A DNA stretch of 47,243 nt from Candidatus Woesebacteria bacterium RIFCSPHIGHO2_01_FULL_39_32 (lineage in GTDB: Bacteria; Patescibacteriota; Microgenomatia; UBA8517), in assembly GCA_001792345.1 (NCBI GenBank), contig MGGJ01000002.1:1-47243 (forward strand), in the 5' to 3' direction. The notes below the pieces were generated by a model, which was not told where the DNA came from, did not search any database, and worked only from the letters and a program-made list of their open reading frames with translations. Position 1 is the first letter of the stretch. Every line of letters starts with the position of its first letter. Below are positions 47,195-47,243 of the stretch, one piece after another. Both the position numbers and the translations under genes were made by a program.

Positions 47195-47243
47195 AACTGG
47201 GGGTGGGTATTTGAAAATATCCGAACCGATTTCATTAACGGGC

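Noticed and set aside
1-47243. CRISPR array or cas genes
   Set aside because: No 25-45 bp repeats with unique spacers seen; all repeats have 7-8 bp period or are single palindromes

Overview
Core chromosomal region around the replication origin of a small-genome, low-GC bacterium using genetic code 11. Gene content and the short proteins point to Patescibacteria/CPR, probably Microgenomates (inference). Left arm: M23 peptidase, a decayed NUDIX gene, AlkA-type glycosylase, groES-groEL with a CIRCE-like operator, orphan solute-binding protein, VanW-family protein, tsaD-tsaC-valS, rplY, a DUF4012-like protein and rpmH-rnpA-yidD-yidC-jag-rnhA. Centre: dnaA, oriC (DnaA boxes plus DnaA-trios) and dnaN. 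Right arm: a ~18.6 kb minus-strand type IV secretion/conjugation-like locus (J-domain/HExxH membrane protein, VirB4-like ATPase, PrgI-like, VirB6/TrbL-like, Cys-rich transglycosylase-like protein, eight VirB2/TrbC-like pilin-domain genes), then SpoIID/LytB, membrane proteins, smpB-ssrA, comF and a DUF4375 protein. The most unusual signal is two four-helix-bundle (23S rRNA-IVP/Avd-like) genes inside the secretion locus, each bracketed by its own short 7- or 8-bp tandem repeat in inverted orientation. Similar 7/8-mer arrays occur without the gene in intergenic DNA and in-frame inside tsaD, comF and the SpoIID/LytB gene. All family calls come from motif recognition; no database search was run.
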